A DNA stretch of 64,000 nt from the human T2T-CHM13v2.0 reference genome, Homo sapiens. Below the pieces are notes generated by a model, which did no database searches, was not told the DNA's origin, and saw nothing but the letters and a program-made list of their open reading frames with translations. The position numbers and the translations under genes are program-made. Location of the stretch: assembly GCF_009914755.1 (NCBI RefSeq), contig NC_060926.1, one strand, 5' to 3'. Position 1 is the first letter of the stretch, and each line of letters begins with the position of its first letter. This document shows positions 26,530 to 40,640 of the stretch, one piece after another.

Positions 26530-27566
26530 GCCTAAAAAATTGAATGCAGGTTGCATGGCTTGTAGCACTTAGAGGTTGGTTGAGGCTAACTGCTTACCTT
26601 CTCCTAGATGCCATGGGGCTTGGGGAGGAGGTGCATTGCAGAGTTTCTGCTTTCTTGACATTTTAGAGTCAAAGTGGGAAAAGGGACAATGTCAGATGAA
26701 TAGATACAGAATGCAGATTACGGTTAGGATACTGGTTCCTTGAAACCATGGCATTGAATGCCAAGATTGTTGGATGGTAGGAGGAGAATTTAGAAATAAC
26801 CTAACAATGGGAGAGATACTTCAAGAAAATTGGAAGTAAAGACCAGGGGGAAAATAGAGCCACAGGAAGAGTGATTCTGCTGTGGTAATAACTTGGCTGT
26901 TCATGATCCTGAACATATCTGGCTCCTGATTTAAGGGACAGGCTCAGCCACAAATTCAAGGGCAGGCCTAGATTCAATGACTTCTAACCAGATATTCTAT
27001 GCTCCTGAAAAAAAGATCACTTTCATTAGAGAAAAATATCTTTTGATAAAAGACTAAAACATTGAAAAATAACATTGCATTTGCATATTATGGGTTCCCC
27101 ACCTGCAGATTTGACAATGAAGAGTTATTTTTATTGAATCTTTCCCAACTCTTTCCTCTTTATAACCAATAGGGAAAATAATACTGATGTTTGCCTCTAA
27201 TGACTACTGTGGCTTTTCTATAAAAATATTTCCATGGATACCAAGGTAGAATTAAAAAATGATGCAGAAGAAAGAAAATATATAACTGTGGACTTTAGAA
27301 TTGGTGTGGACTTAGTGATCATCTTTAACTCTTTTGTTTTAATGATGAAGAAACCAAGCTTTAAGAGGTGTTGTAACTTGGCCAAGGTCACTCAGCTTAG
27401 TAGGGTCAGAATCTTCAGTGACTCAGTCTATCTCTCATGCTTCAAATCTTTCTTTTCTGATCTGCTTTCAGTATTTTAAGGAAGAGCTTTAGGCTCTTGA
27501 TTTAAAAAATTTTTTGTATTGCTTTTAAAAAAAATCCCTGAAGCAAAACCCCATGAAATACTAAAT

Positions 27567-27684
27567 AAACTCTGTTCCCATTCAATAACTCATCACTACC
27601 CCTTCCCCAGTCCCCACTTTCTGTCTCCAGGAATCTGACAGTTCTTGGTACCTCCTGTAAGTGGGATCTTAATACTTGTCCTTT
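27567..27684 (-). mobile_element. old L1M 3' fragment
   Basis: AAACTCTGTTCCCATT..CTTTCTGTCTC..GAATCTGAC..GGTACCTCCTGTAAGTGGGATC. Confidence 0.65.
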
Positions 27685-28499
27685 TCAGTTTTTGATTTTA
27701 AGTTCTTTGGTGTGTTGGTTCTGACTTTTAAGTTTCCGTTCTAAACTTCGTGGTTGTAAAGGAGTCTTCGAGTATTTCCAACTGTGACTGTTGATAATTT
27801 TTTCCTCATTGTTACTCTTGTCTCTCTCACAGGATCCTTTTGCAGGGTAAAAGAGTAGCCAGCAGCAAGCAAAAGCAAAGAAGGGGACTTGCTGTCTCTG
27901 AATGGGAGGGCAAGGGACCCTCCCTCTGCTTTCCGGATCCCTGAGAGGACCCACGGGGTGACTGTGCTCACCTAGACACTGTAGAATGAACCAGGCCCTT
28001 TTTGGTTTTCCAGTAACCACCACAGTCTAAGTAAATCCCTTCCTGCCAGAAGAAAATATGAGTTAAATTGAATGATGAGTTTAGATACTGCTTAGTGTTC
28101 TTAATTTTTTTTTAAATTGTGGTTTTCTATCATTTCATGTACACTCTCAGAGGCCGCTCTATGACGGAAGTGTCTTAAATATTAAAAGCAAATAAATAAA
28201 TAGAGGATTATCTTTTGAGCACCTGGCAGTTTTGTTTAGATTTAAGGAATCTAAGTAGTTAAAATTTCTAGTTTTCCTAGATCCTGTAAATGCAAATGTC
28301 AAACAGCTGCCAAAGTCATCAAGCTAGCTAAGGATTTAACCAGTTAGGTTTGTCACATTCATTCAGGGTTAGCCTGAATCTAACTTTGTACATTCTGACA
28401 GGTTAATCTTTACTCTCAGAGACCTGAATGGCAAGCATTTCCTCCCTCTGGCCTTCCCAGGATCCCTCTGGGCAGGTTTTGCATGGGCTGCCTTCACTA

Positions 28500-28850
28500 A
28501 ACCATGGGGGAAGGCAGTCCTTGTGCTGGTGCTCATGGTTGACCTTGTGCCTTGTGGCATATGCATGTCCTGGCACCAGACAGGAGTGTTTGCCAGTCAC
28601 TGGTGGTCATCCTGTGGGAACATCTGGCTGCATGCAGTATATTCTGTATCTTGGAAATGGACTACTTTGCCAGCTGGAAAAGCCACCAGGCACATTGTTT
28701 CAGCCAAAGCTGTGTCTGCTCATCTATGGGCCATAAATGCTCCAAACTCTCACATCTCAAAGTGGAGCTTCCAGATTCCCATTGCTCTCCGGGTGACCCA
28801 TATGAAGGCTTTGCCATGTGTCAAGATGCAGGCCTTGTAGCTGGCCATTT
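28500..28850 (-). mobile_element. possible ancient RTE-clade LINE (MamRTE1/L4-like) ORF fossil
   Basis: Frameshifted minus-strand translation gives YKACIL..HG..W, LHF/RC, HRM..LLSG, GTR and HKDCL at spacing similar to the post-RT region of RTE LINE proteins as I recall it. Confidence 0.4.
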
Positions 28851-28890
28851 ATTGTTTCAAATATCATGCATTAGCCTCGAGACTCAACAT

Positions 28891-29034
28891 CAGTGAGTCT
28901 CAACCCTGGTAGCACACTGGAATCATGTAAAGAGCTTTAAACAATACCACCTGGGAGATTCTGATCTAATTGGTCCAGGGTTGGGGAATCTGGGGCAGCT
29001 GATTTTAATATGTAGCCAGGTTTGAAAACCACTG
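28891..29034. mobile_element. MER5 (A/B-like) MITE
   Basis: Imperfect TIRs CAGTGAGTCTCAACCCTGG...CCAGGTTTGAAAACCACTG; internal AGATTCTGATCTAATTGGTC. Confidence 0.8.
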
Positions 29035-29127
29035 TTTGAAATTCTTGCAACCTATTTTCAGAGCAAGGCATGCCTGCTTCTTGTCTGTGCTGGTGATTAC
29101 AATGATGACAATGATGAAGTTGATCAG

Positions 29128-29352
29128 AGCTAACATTTATTGAAACTTACTATGTGCCAGATCCTATTATGAACACTTTTACATGCCTCATTTCAGATTA
29201 CCTTTGCCACAATATTATAAAGTGGATGCTATTATTGTCCTTATTCCAGGCATGTGGAAACTGAGGCACAGAGGAGGTAAGTCACTCTCCTAAGGTCACC
29301 CTGCTAGTATGTGGCTCAGCCTAGGAAGATCTTATGCTTATAGCCACTGTAC
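29128..29352 (-). mobile_element. MIR
   Basis: AGCTAACATTTATTGAAACTTACTATGTGCCAG..GGAAACTGAGGCACAGAG..TAAGTCACT..CCTAAGGTCAC. Confidence 0.85.
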
Positions 29353-30789
29353 CCATGAAGGATGATTAGGCTGTTATCTGGGTACCTCTCTCTGAAAACC
29401 CTCAAAGGTTCAGGAACCCCCAGTCTCCTTGGTTACAGCATTGTATGCTATTGTCTCTTTTCCATTGTGGAACTGGATGTGGACATTGCCAGACACAGAG
29501 AATGGGCACATCAGAGTGCAGGGCATAGCTCCAAAGGTCTAGAGCTTTACCAGGGGCCTATAGTGTGTCTGTGTTGGTAGCTCCTGCCAGATGGAAATAC
29601 CTGCAGTGACTTCTGAACTTAAATGAAATGCTGTTAGAAGGAAACATTAGGGAGTGATTGAAGGCAAGGACAATAATGCTGAGGTCTTTTCCTGGCATTG
29701 CATTAATAAGAGAATGTGTAAACTCAGCTGGTTCCCTTTAACTCTTCCTTGGCTCTCCTGTGGCTGCTTCTAAGGGTATCAGGCTGGACTTTGCAAACCC
29801 GTTCTCTTTGGGGATCACTGCACATCTCATGTTGTTTTGCAAGCTGTTGGGCTGTCCAAAATGCCAAGCATTTTTCCTATGGAAATGTGCTCTGTATGGT
29901 TCTGATTAGTGCCCTCTCTTCTGCTTAATGCCTTCTTGGGCTGCTTTTCATTTCCTGCTGCTTCCTACAGCTCTGGTTATTGGTCCAGGCCTACCTCCTC
30001 TTGTCCACTTAGTATTATTCTCCAGGTGGGGCCCCCGTTTTCCTGCTCTGTCCCATGATGCTCCCGGTCCCACTGACTCTTACTTACACACTCCTCCTGC
30101 ACACCCACTTTGCCTGTGAAATCTGTGAAATACAACACAACTTGCCACTACTTTCCTCCAAACCTTAGTCATGCCAGGAGAAACAAAGAAATCACTAACG
30201 ATACAGTCAGTTCTTCACCATCCTCAGGCTAATTCTTATCTGGTGGTTTTGTGGAGAGTTTTCATTGATTAATTTATTCAGTCATTTGCTTATCTATTTA
30301 GGGACCTCACTTGGGTGGGGAGAATGTATTCTTCTTTATGCTGCCTCAAGAACCGTGACACCCCATGCTAAATCCTAATCAGTGTGAAGCCAGTGATCTT
30401 TAAGTAGGGGATCTCTACATTCATGACATAGAAATCAGATGCTAAGGTCTTTAAAAACTTGGCATTCTCTTATATCAGAGCCAACCCTTCCTCCTGTGGC
30501 TTATGGATTTTTCCAAGCCATTCTTTTCTTCTATCAATTTCATTTATCAAACTGCTTGGTGTCCATAAGGCAGATGACTGGGGGAAGTGCAGCCCTGATT
30601 AATCAAATCAGCTGTTTCACAACTCTTGCTATGAGAGGTGATGTCAGACAGGAAGTTCAGCTCTAGGCACACTTGGGTTTGGAGGTCAAATGGGGGTGTC
30701 ATTTATCTATGCCAACCCCACTGCCCTCTGCCCTCCCACAAGTGCTCTTTGCCCTCACCCAGTAACCTAATTTGCATTTGAAAAAGAGC

Positions 30790-31345
30790 AGCAGTTGCAA
30801 CAGTACCTTGAGTTCCAGCCTTCAGCCAGCCTGGAGAGTGCATCAAGAATTTGGGTGGGCATCTGCTGGGATTCAGCAGTGTGCAGAAGATGGCAGGAGG
30901 TCAGATCTCCTTCCCAAGCCACCGAAAGTGTTTCTCAGGAGGTCAGAAGCAAGAATGTTGGTGAGAAGGGAAGGCAAGGAAAGGGTGAAAGGAAACAGAG
31001 TAGAAGAAAGCAGACTTTCACAAAGGAAAGTTGCTGATTCTGTCTGTGATCAATCACGCTTAACAAAGGGGCCAGTGACACAGCCTTGTTCCCCCCAGAA
31101 CATCGCCATTCTACCATCCAAAGCCTATCAGAAGATGCTGACATTAATTTCAATGAATGTCCCTGTTCTTGCTGGCAGCTTTTCCCAACATGGATGGTGC
31201 TGATGAGCTGACGGCAGTGATTTTTTTTTTTTATTTCCTTGATGTGGTCTTGGGTGGTAGGAACCACCTTTGCAAGAGGCCACCCATTTTCCTACATACA
31301 TCCCCAAAAATGTCAGCCTCAACTATAAAGCTGAAAAAGACATTT
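30790..31345 (+). repeat. dispersed direct duplication, copy A (paralog of 48282-48860)
   Basis: Core 31015-31116 aligns to 48508-48607 with 5 mismatches and 2 single-base gaps; flanks are colinear but more diverged. Confidence 0.9.
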
Positions 31346-31349
31346 CACA

Positions 31350-32250
31350 TACATAAAATATGTAATTAAAATGATGAATTATTGTAAGATAGAATATTAG
31401 CCTTGTGACATTTTAATCTGAACGCAAGAGCGAGGGAGAAAGAGAGCACAATCTGAAGCGCTCAATTAAATTTAGAATTTCCCCCCTCCATTGTTATGAA
31501 TAAATAGAAAAGATTCTGTAGCAGCCGGTGGAATTATTAATTGCAACTAGTGTAGAAGGTGCATGCACCATATCATGAAATGGAATATCATTGTTAGTGA
31601 CTATATTTCTTGGTAATTAAGGCCCAGACTAATGATGCAAGTTTTCTCCAGCATGATTTTCATCTGATTATGAGGCTGCTTCATTAAGAGCACTCAGCCT
31701 AACGAGCTGTAGCTGTAATAAAGTAATTTTCTGTCTTGTGCTCTGATTGATAAAGAGTTTCTATAGCTAAAAGGAATTGAAAATATAATTATAATTAGAA
31801 ATGGTTGAATAAAGTTATTACAGGATTGCTGAAGGGTAGTGCAATTGACACCATAATGTTTTTTTTGGAAGTGCGCATCTTAAAATTAGACTTTATAAAG
31901 CAACAAAACTCCTTTGCTAATAACTGGGCCGAATGTTGCTGCTTCCATAAAATGAACATTTAGATTAAAGGAAAATGAGACTTTCCCACATTGTTCTCGA
32001 CAAGAAAAACATATGCAAGAAGAATGCCGTCGCCTTTCTTCCCAGCATTCTTCCCTCGTGAAGTAAAGCTTATGAACATACTTTTTACTCCATTTATAAT
32101 AATTTTCCTTCTGCCATATGTTGGAAAAAGATCTTTTTGATTAAACTGATGTCTTTTTAAGCATACAGTATAATTTTGGAGTTTCTCCTTGCCAATGTGC
32201 AAAGAGTTATGCTGTCTTTTTATATATTTATATTTATGAAGCAGTTGGAT
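31350..32250. promoter_or_regulatory. candidate conserved non-coding element / developmental enhancer
   Basis: Repeat-free, AT-rich, many TAAT/TAATTA sites with retained CpGs; composition-based inference only. Confidence 0.35.
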
Positions 32251-32869
32251 TTCATATAATTTTTCAAATTGTGTAGAGGGTTTTTTTTTCTGTCTTTGCC
32301 ATTCATTGGTTGAAATCAAAATGTAACTGGGGAGGATACAAGATTCTGACCCCCTCCCATGGGAAATGCTAATCAACTTTTTATCCTAGAAACCTTATTT
32401 CTTTTTATGATGTTCACATTTATAAACCATGAAAACTCCGTTAGAGCAGTCCTTGGTGTGTATGTCATTAGATATGTCTGCAATATTGACATATAAGTCT
32501 ATGGCAGTGGTTTTATTTAGAATTAGCTGATAAACTTTGTGCTTCAAATTAGTTTCACATATTTAATTTAGTCTCTTTTGCCTTATTTTAGCTCCCTGCA
32601 CTGCATGAAAAACATGCATATACTTTAAAGCTATATGGTTATGTAAATCTATTTTATGCAAACTTACCCAGACATTATTAGGTCTGGGCTAAAAGGAGGA
32701 GTGGATATTCCTCGATCCACACTTTTGATGGATTATTTCAAAGCTCCATTTTTACACTGATTCTGACAATTGGAAAGACTTTGAGAATTTTTGAGAATCA
32801 TTTCCAACATATCATAGGGTAATAAAAGCATGTTATTGGAATACCATTAGTAAGATTAGAAAGGAAAAA

Positions 32870-33330
32870 AAGAGCAGAATTTTATTGGTTGTTCATTGAA
32901 AATGTTAGCTGTGATTAGTTACATAATCCTACATTAACCTGTAAATTAAAATTCCTTGGTGCAATTTGATGGCTGATTTAATTTTGTCTTTCTTTGTTTG
33001 CCGCAGGCTAATTCCATTATGAATTCTTTATACAGCCTTTTCCCTCAATGATTAGCAGCTTCTACTCAAGTTCTGATTACTATTGTACACTTAGCACTAC
33101 ATAAAGCCGGGGATTAATATTCCCCTGAAGAATTGTTGCTATGGATCTGCTCTATTCCTTCTAAGAGATGTTTCTGCAGCTTCAATTGTCCATAAATTAT
33201 GATCTCTAGTGAATTATCAGTGGGAGTGAACTGAGCTTAACAAGCTGAAGAGTGCACTCTAGTTCGGAGAGAAAAAAGGCAAGGGAGAAAGAGAAAAAGA
33301 GATGCTCAATTATTAATTGTGAGGTTGGAT
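32870..33330. promoter_or_regulatory. candidate conserved non-coding element
   Basis: Dense TAAT/ATTA, TAATCC/GGATTA and CATAAA motifs, no repeat similarity; inference only. Confidence 0.35.
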
Positions 33331-34082
33331 CATTCAGAAGAAGTGATATTTTTTCCCATCTCTATCCTTGCAGACATGTACAAATTAGAATGAGGTTGTG
33401 GGTTAAAATAGATGCTTTAAAATCTTTCAATATGTAGTGATTATAACATGCCAGAAGGTCTTAATTACCTGTAAACAGGAAGAGAAAATGCTGGTTCTGC
33501 TACCCAGTAACATAGCAGGGTTATAGGGTGGGTTTTATTTTGAGAAGTGGCATAGTCTTAATTTGCAAAGTGTGATTTCTCCATCTATCAGTTTAGGAAT
33601 ATGTATTTGGGTACCATTGTTTTAAAACATCACTGGGAATAGCAGAATGCTCAAATGGAGTCGATACAAGGATTTTTCAAAATGAGAAAAGTTTTTCTCA
33701 AGAAGGTGGTATTTCCAGATAAAGTTGATCTGTAGCTTGGGAAGGGTCCCAATTTTGCTGGGACTAAAAATCAGGGTTTAGATCATTCTTGGGTATGCTT
33801 CTCCTTGGGAAGGACATCACAGGGGGGCGTGTGCAGTGTGTGTTTTGAACCTCAGCTTGGATAAACCCAGCTATCCGTTGCTTCCACTCTATAGCACTGT
33901 TTGCTGGATGGTGCAACATGGGGCAGAAGCCCTTACTGGCTCAGACACTGGGACTGAGTTTAGCCAGAGAAACCCACTGGAATCCGGTGGAGACCACCAA
34001 GCTTGCCGAATTGCTTGCTTTTACCCACACGTGTCCCGAGCCAAGAGAAATAAACATTTGAATAATATATCATGTAAAATGA

Positions 34083-34250
34083 TTCTCTTTTCTTTCTTCT
34101 CTCTTTTCCTCTCAATTAATTTCCTTCTTCCTTTTTACTTCCTTTCTCTTCTAATTTTCTCTTTCTTCCTTCTATTCCCCATCCTTTCTCTACTTTAGTC
34201 TTCAATGTTCTTTTTTGGGTTTCTCTTTTTCTTTTTTTATTCCTCCCCCA
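34083..34250 (+). repeat. CT-rich low-complexity tract
   Basis: Strongly pyrimidine-biased sequence. Confidence 0.8.
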
Positions 34251-36651
34251 GCCACTCTTCCCCAAAGAGCTCCAATACTGAAAATATGCTGGCATTTTAA
34301 AGTTAGAGCAAAAAGGTGAATTATATTACTACTTGGAAGCCAGCTAAGGGCAGATTCCTGAGGGAAGTGAGATAAAATAACGGAGTCTGAGAAATGCACT
34401 TAACAGAACAGACACAGTGGAAAGAATCTTTTCCAGGAATTATCACTTCCCGGTTTTCCAACTGCAAAGCAACAAATCATATACCAAGTCAAGGCAATGC
34501 TGTTATTACGGAAGTGGTTCCTTCGAATCATTCTGAAGTCAGAGTCTCAGATTGTACTGAGTAGTTCCTGGAAGAGGAGGTAATGCCCACTTTATCAGGA
34601 GCCTGGTTTCTGCAGCACAATTTGTGACAGTTTGGGTACATTCACACAAAAGTACAGGTATGCACACACTCACACACATATGCATACACACATGCAAATC
34701 CATGCAACACTTCTGAGCGTGAAAAGATGTTATTAGTATTTAAGCCAGGACAATAGCCATAGACAAGACCATGCTTGGCAAACAGGTCAATGGTCACCTT
34801 AGCTTTAGTGAAGGATTGCAGTCAAGGTCCCTGAAGATGAAGACTCTCCCACAGTCCTGTGTTCCCATGTTTGCCTTTCCTTTTGGCCACTGGGAATCTG
34901 AGCTTCCCTTTCATGTTTGAGGAATTCGGCACCTGATGGATCTTGTTAGGAGTCAGGGACTGTTCCCCACTTTTTACTGAAACCCGTTTGCTTCTAGGGT
35001 GCAAATATGTGACCGTGGTTTGCCCAGAAGATACATCTCCGTGGGACTTGGGCTTGGGGACTAGTGATGCCAAGAAGGGGTCTCTGAGGAGCTGCCTATA
35101 GTTTCTGGGCTCAGCAGGGATGGCAGTCCCACAGCAGGCTCCCGATCCCAGGGTTGGGGTGTGTGGTCCAGGTGGACCAGGACTGTGTGAGATCTTGAAT
35201 GCAGTTCCTAGGCACATAGTATCCCGGTCTTCTCTTCTCCTACTAGAGATTCTGTGAACATTACTCTCTTATCATCAAGGAGTTGCCATGAGAATTACAT
35301 ATGAGACCATGTGGGAGTCAGTTACAGCATACTGGTCAAAGTACACTTCTGCATTCCACAAACCAGGTACCTGGGGACTTGTATTCCAGGTGCAGGGACC
35401 TGGGAGCCAGTGAAGAGTGGCCAGAGAGTGGAGGAGACCACATCTTCTTTATTACATAAAAATTCAGCTACTTTACTCAGTACTGGAGGTAGGAGTGGGG
35501 GACCAGGGGCTAGCTAGACTGCCCTCCTCAGAAGGTACAAGATCTCTGGGAGCACTTAATGGTATGTTTCTCAGCAAGACATCCAATGGCATTTTAGACA
35601 GAAAATTTCTATTTTGTGCATTCTTGTTCCTGGCCCCACCCATTACATGCTAAATGCCATTTTTGATCTCCCAATAGTTGTGACTACCCAAATCCTTCTC
35701 TCCACCCAATTCCAGACATCTCTGGAGAGCATCAAACCCCAGATAGAATCATTGAATTACTACTGTATTCTTCTGATCACATACAATAGTCTTTCCAAAA
35801 AGTGTTTTGACAAGCACATTTTTAGCCATTTCATAACATTTTTAGCAACATTCTGTGTTCTGGTGATACTTTAATACACTTTACAAATCAGTCCCTGCAG
35901 TCTACCTTCTCTTAATCCACCTCTACTTAAAATGGGTTTGGAGTAGGGTACCAAAGGAGGCTGAGTGATCACAGAGTTCATCTCTACTTGATTTGACAAA
36001 CAACCCATCTTGAAGCCAAATTTCAAGGAAAAAACCCCACTCAATGCTTATTTTATTTCATGTAGTAGCATTTGCACTTAGTGGAAGTAAGTGCTATTTT
36101 GGGAGTGACTCCTCCTCCTAGAACCTTTTTCCCCAGGGACTTGGGCGCAGTCCCCAGGCAGGAATCTGGTCCACTGGAAACCCCCAAGGCAATATCTGCT
36201 GAGTGAGGACAACTCTGGCCACCGGAAAGGGTTTGTTTCGTATTAAATGACACCTAGGGTCTCAACTTACAGCATGCTGGAAATCCAGAGCCTTCTCACC
36301 CACGTGCTCATGTGACTGTTTTCCCAAGTTATATGGCAAATTATTCATACTTGGTAGGCAGAGTGATAGAAGCTTAAAGATAGAATTACCCGGTTTAGCT
36401 GCTTTTCTTTTCCTTAATAAGGGAAAGAAGTCAGAAGTGTTGAAATGACTTATCAGATCATCATCATAATAGCAGCTCACATAATATTCTACTCTACTCA
36501 TCATTATTTCATTTATATTTGGATAAGGCTGGTTTCCATGCTGGTTTTCTTGTAGTCTGCCTAACACGTTTTTATAACTAATGTATTTTCTAGTTAAAGC
36601 ATAGCTCACAAATTAAAATTCTTCTAGCTTTTCACCTTGGGGGAAAGAAAT

Positions 36652-36775
36652 GGCCAGGTGTGGTGGCTTATGCCTGCAATCTCAGCACTTTGGGAGGCTG
36701 AAGCTTGAGGACTGCTCGAGGCCAGGAGTTTGAGAACAGTGTGGGCGACATAGTGAGACCCCCACTGCTACAAAA
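36652..36775 (+). mobile_element. free left Alu monomer (FLAM-like)
   Basis: Single Alu arm GGCCAGGTGTGGTGGCT..GACATAGTGAGACCCC with a short A tail and no right arm. Confidence 0.85.
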
Positions 36776-36784
36776 GATGAAATG

Positions 36785-37010
36785 ACACTGCTCTAACATT
36801 AACCATTCTAAGTATTAGCTCATTTGAGCCTCATGACAGTTTTATCAGGTAGTTATTATCATCATCACTGTTTTACAGATGAGGAAACGGAGGTACAAAG
36901 AGATTAAGAAATTAACCAATATAAATCATAGAAATCGCAAGTGGAAGAATCAGGATGTGAACTGTGGACCTTCAGCTCCAGTGCCTCCATGGCTCTCGGC
37001 CATTATGCCA
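36785..37010 (-). mobile_element. MIR
   Basis: TATTAGCTCATTTGAGCCTCATGACA..TTTTACAGATGAGGAAACGGAGGTACAAAGAGATTAAG. Confidence 0.8.
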
Positions 37011-37495
37011 TTCATCTCGGGAGGTGGAAACAGCATCTGAATCTGAAGTTTGTTTGCTGTGAGGTGTAATAGACTCCTCTGCCTTTCTCTCTCTCCCTCT
37101 TTCCTTCCTTCCCCATCAATTACTTATCTCTCTGTAACTGAAGCTCCTCGCCACTGAGACAGCTCCGCGGTGCTTCCTGTCCCTGCTTCCTTCACATCCT
37201 CACTTTGACGTTTACATATCCACTGCCTCTCAGTTTTTACTGCTGCCTTTCTTGCCAAATACAAATAATGACTGTTCTTTTTACTGCTCCTTGTTTCTGG
37301 TGCGGCGGGACAATGAGGGGAGCATAGATCAATGTTTCTCAGAGCATGGCTATGGCGAACCTTGAAAAGAGGGAGCCCTGGTAACAGGCCCAGAGGTAGA
37401 GGCAATTTCCTTGCTCCATTGATGTCTCTCCCAGGGGCGAGATTCTCAGTAGAGGAGCCAGCTCTGGATTCAGAAGAAACAGTGATGGTTTAAAT

Positions 37496-37496
<1 letters not shown>

Positions 37497-37532
<36 letters not shown>
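37497..37532 (+). repeat. (GT)18 microsatellite
   Basis: Perfect dinucleotide run. Confidence 0.95.
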
Positions 37533-37536
<4 letters not shown>

Positions 37537-39329
37537 AATACTCATTCAGTGAGGACACAGAGGTCTCAAGCTAGGTGATTTCCTGAATAGCAAGCGCAGG
37601 GGCACCAATGAAGGCATAATTTTAAGACATGAGTTAAATATTTTCCTGCTCTCATATTGGCCAGTGTGAGGGAGTGAATGAAAACCCCAAATGAAAGGGA
37701 CCCACATTCTATGGATGCCTTCTCTGGCCTTTTATTTCCTCTCTATTCTAGCTACAGCTCAAATTTGCGTTTGAGCCAAGGAGGCTGAATAATTTTCCTT
37801 TGCCGAAAGACTAGCTGTCAAATTCCATGCAAGTTGATTCTGCTGATTTGCATGAGAGGAAATATAATCTGATGAAGATGTAAATGTACACAATTGTTTT
37901 CTTATCTGTAGGCTTTCTGTTTCTTATTTGGAGTCTGATTTAAATAGTCCCATTTCAAGTAACTTAGAAAGGCTTAATGCAGTGCCAAATGATTACATTT
38001 TCAGAGACTTGTTGTTGGTTAATTCTGGCTTTCCTTCTCCTATATCAATTCATTTTGTCATGCTTAAAACAAGAACTTTTGAGCATTTATATTAAAAATA
38101 TTATGGGAGATAGGATGCAAAGGTAAATAAGAAATGGGCCCAACCTTCTAGAGCTTACAGTGAAACACATTTTAAAATGCATTTTGAAGTCATTTGAAAT
38201 TTGGTATGAATTTGCCATATAAGCAAGGTTCTAACACATTGCAATTGTATAACACTTTATTGTTTACAAAATACTATCATAATCCTAGGCAAGACAACAA
38301 AAACTTCTTTAACCCCTTATGTAGTTGAAACAATACAAGTGAAGACCATTTTAAGTATTATTTCTCAGTTCTGTGAAAACCCAGAACTACCATGTGTGAG
38401 ATCTTGAGCTGCTTCCACTTCGTTCTGCAGTGGAATTACCGAGGCATCAGGACATGAGCCTGAATGTTGGGCGAACAGCATCAGTGAGTCCCAGCTTTTG
38501 CAATCTCTCACTTCTGCACATTGTAGTTGATACCCCTAAACTATCTTTTGTGGGTCAAATTTGGGCTTTCTTACAAGAGCCAATAGGAACTTTCAAAATT
38601 TTGATGTTGCCTGCCAGCATCTTAACAGTTTCAATCTCTAGCTGTAAATATGTTTGTCTATGCAATTATTTAGATATTTTATCTAATGTTCCCCCTGATT
38701 AGTTAAAACAAATGTCAAAAACAGGAGAATGCAAATGTGTGGCTTTTATCGAGTGAATATAAATGAGATGGGTTGAAGCACTTTTGCCATGTTGTAAGTG
38801 GAGACCCTACTCTCTCATTCGGCCTATTACATCAGGTAAATGAGCGTGTTCACCTGTGAAAGAAAAGAAGAAAATGGTAAGACACATGGTGTGATAGAAT
38901 TAGATTGTTAAAGATTGTATATGCAAGACAAAGTAGAGTTAGGATCTTTGTAAGATTATTTTTAGCTTCCTGAGAACAGAACCTGTAGCCAAGTTTACGG
39001 TTTTGTTTGCTTACCTTTGACTCTGAGACATATTTCAAAGTCAGTGTGGATGGAATTAAAGATTTCTATGACTGCATGGGTAGAAGGTATTCACTATTTG
39101 AAGACGGCAGATGGTGATAGTGGTGGCTGGAGTATTTGGCTACAGAGAAATAGCAGAGTAAGGAAGGGGACAAAGAGGAAGGAGGGCAGTGTGGCCTAGG
39201 TCAGCAGCAGTAGTGTACGGGGAGCTTGAGAGGAAGGGGACAGGGAGTGTCCAGCTAAGGGAGGCACTTCTATAAGCGGGAGACATTAGGAAGTCATACA
39301 GAATGCTTTACATCCTATTAGTGACAAGG

Positions 39330-40640
<1,311 letters not shown>

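Noticed and set aside
28765-28805. HPESNGNLE on the minus strand, resembling the integrase YHPQSNG..E motif
   Set aside because: Isolated short match; the surrounding sequence fits the RTE-fossil reading better
31015-31116. Duplicated core as a snoRNA or miRNA pair
   Set aside because: No properly placed C/D or H/ACA boxes, no long hairpin and no mature miRNA I recognise; an Rfam search would be needed to exclude it fully
30772-31203. 143-aa ORF almost exactly spanning duplication copy A
   Set aside because: Starts at TTG with no recognisable domain, and the paralogous copy has two single-base indels in the best-conserved core, so the constraint is not on a reading frame
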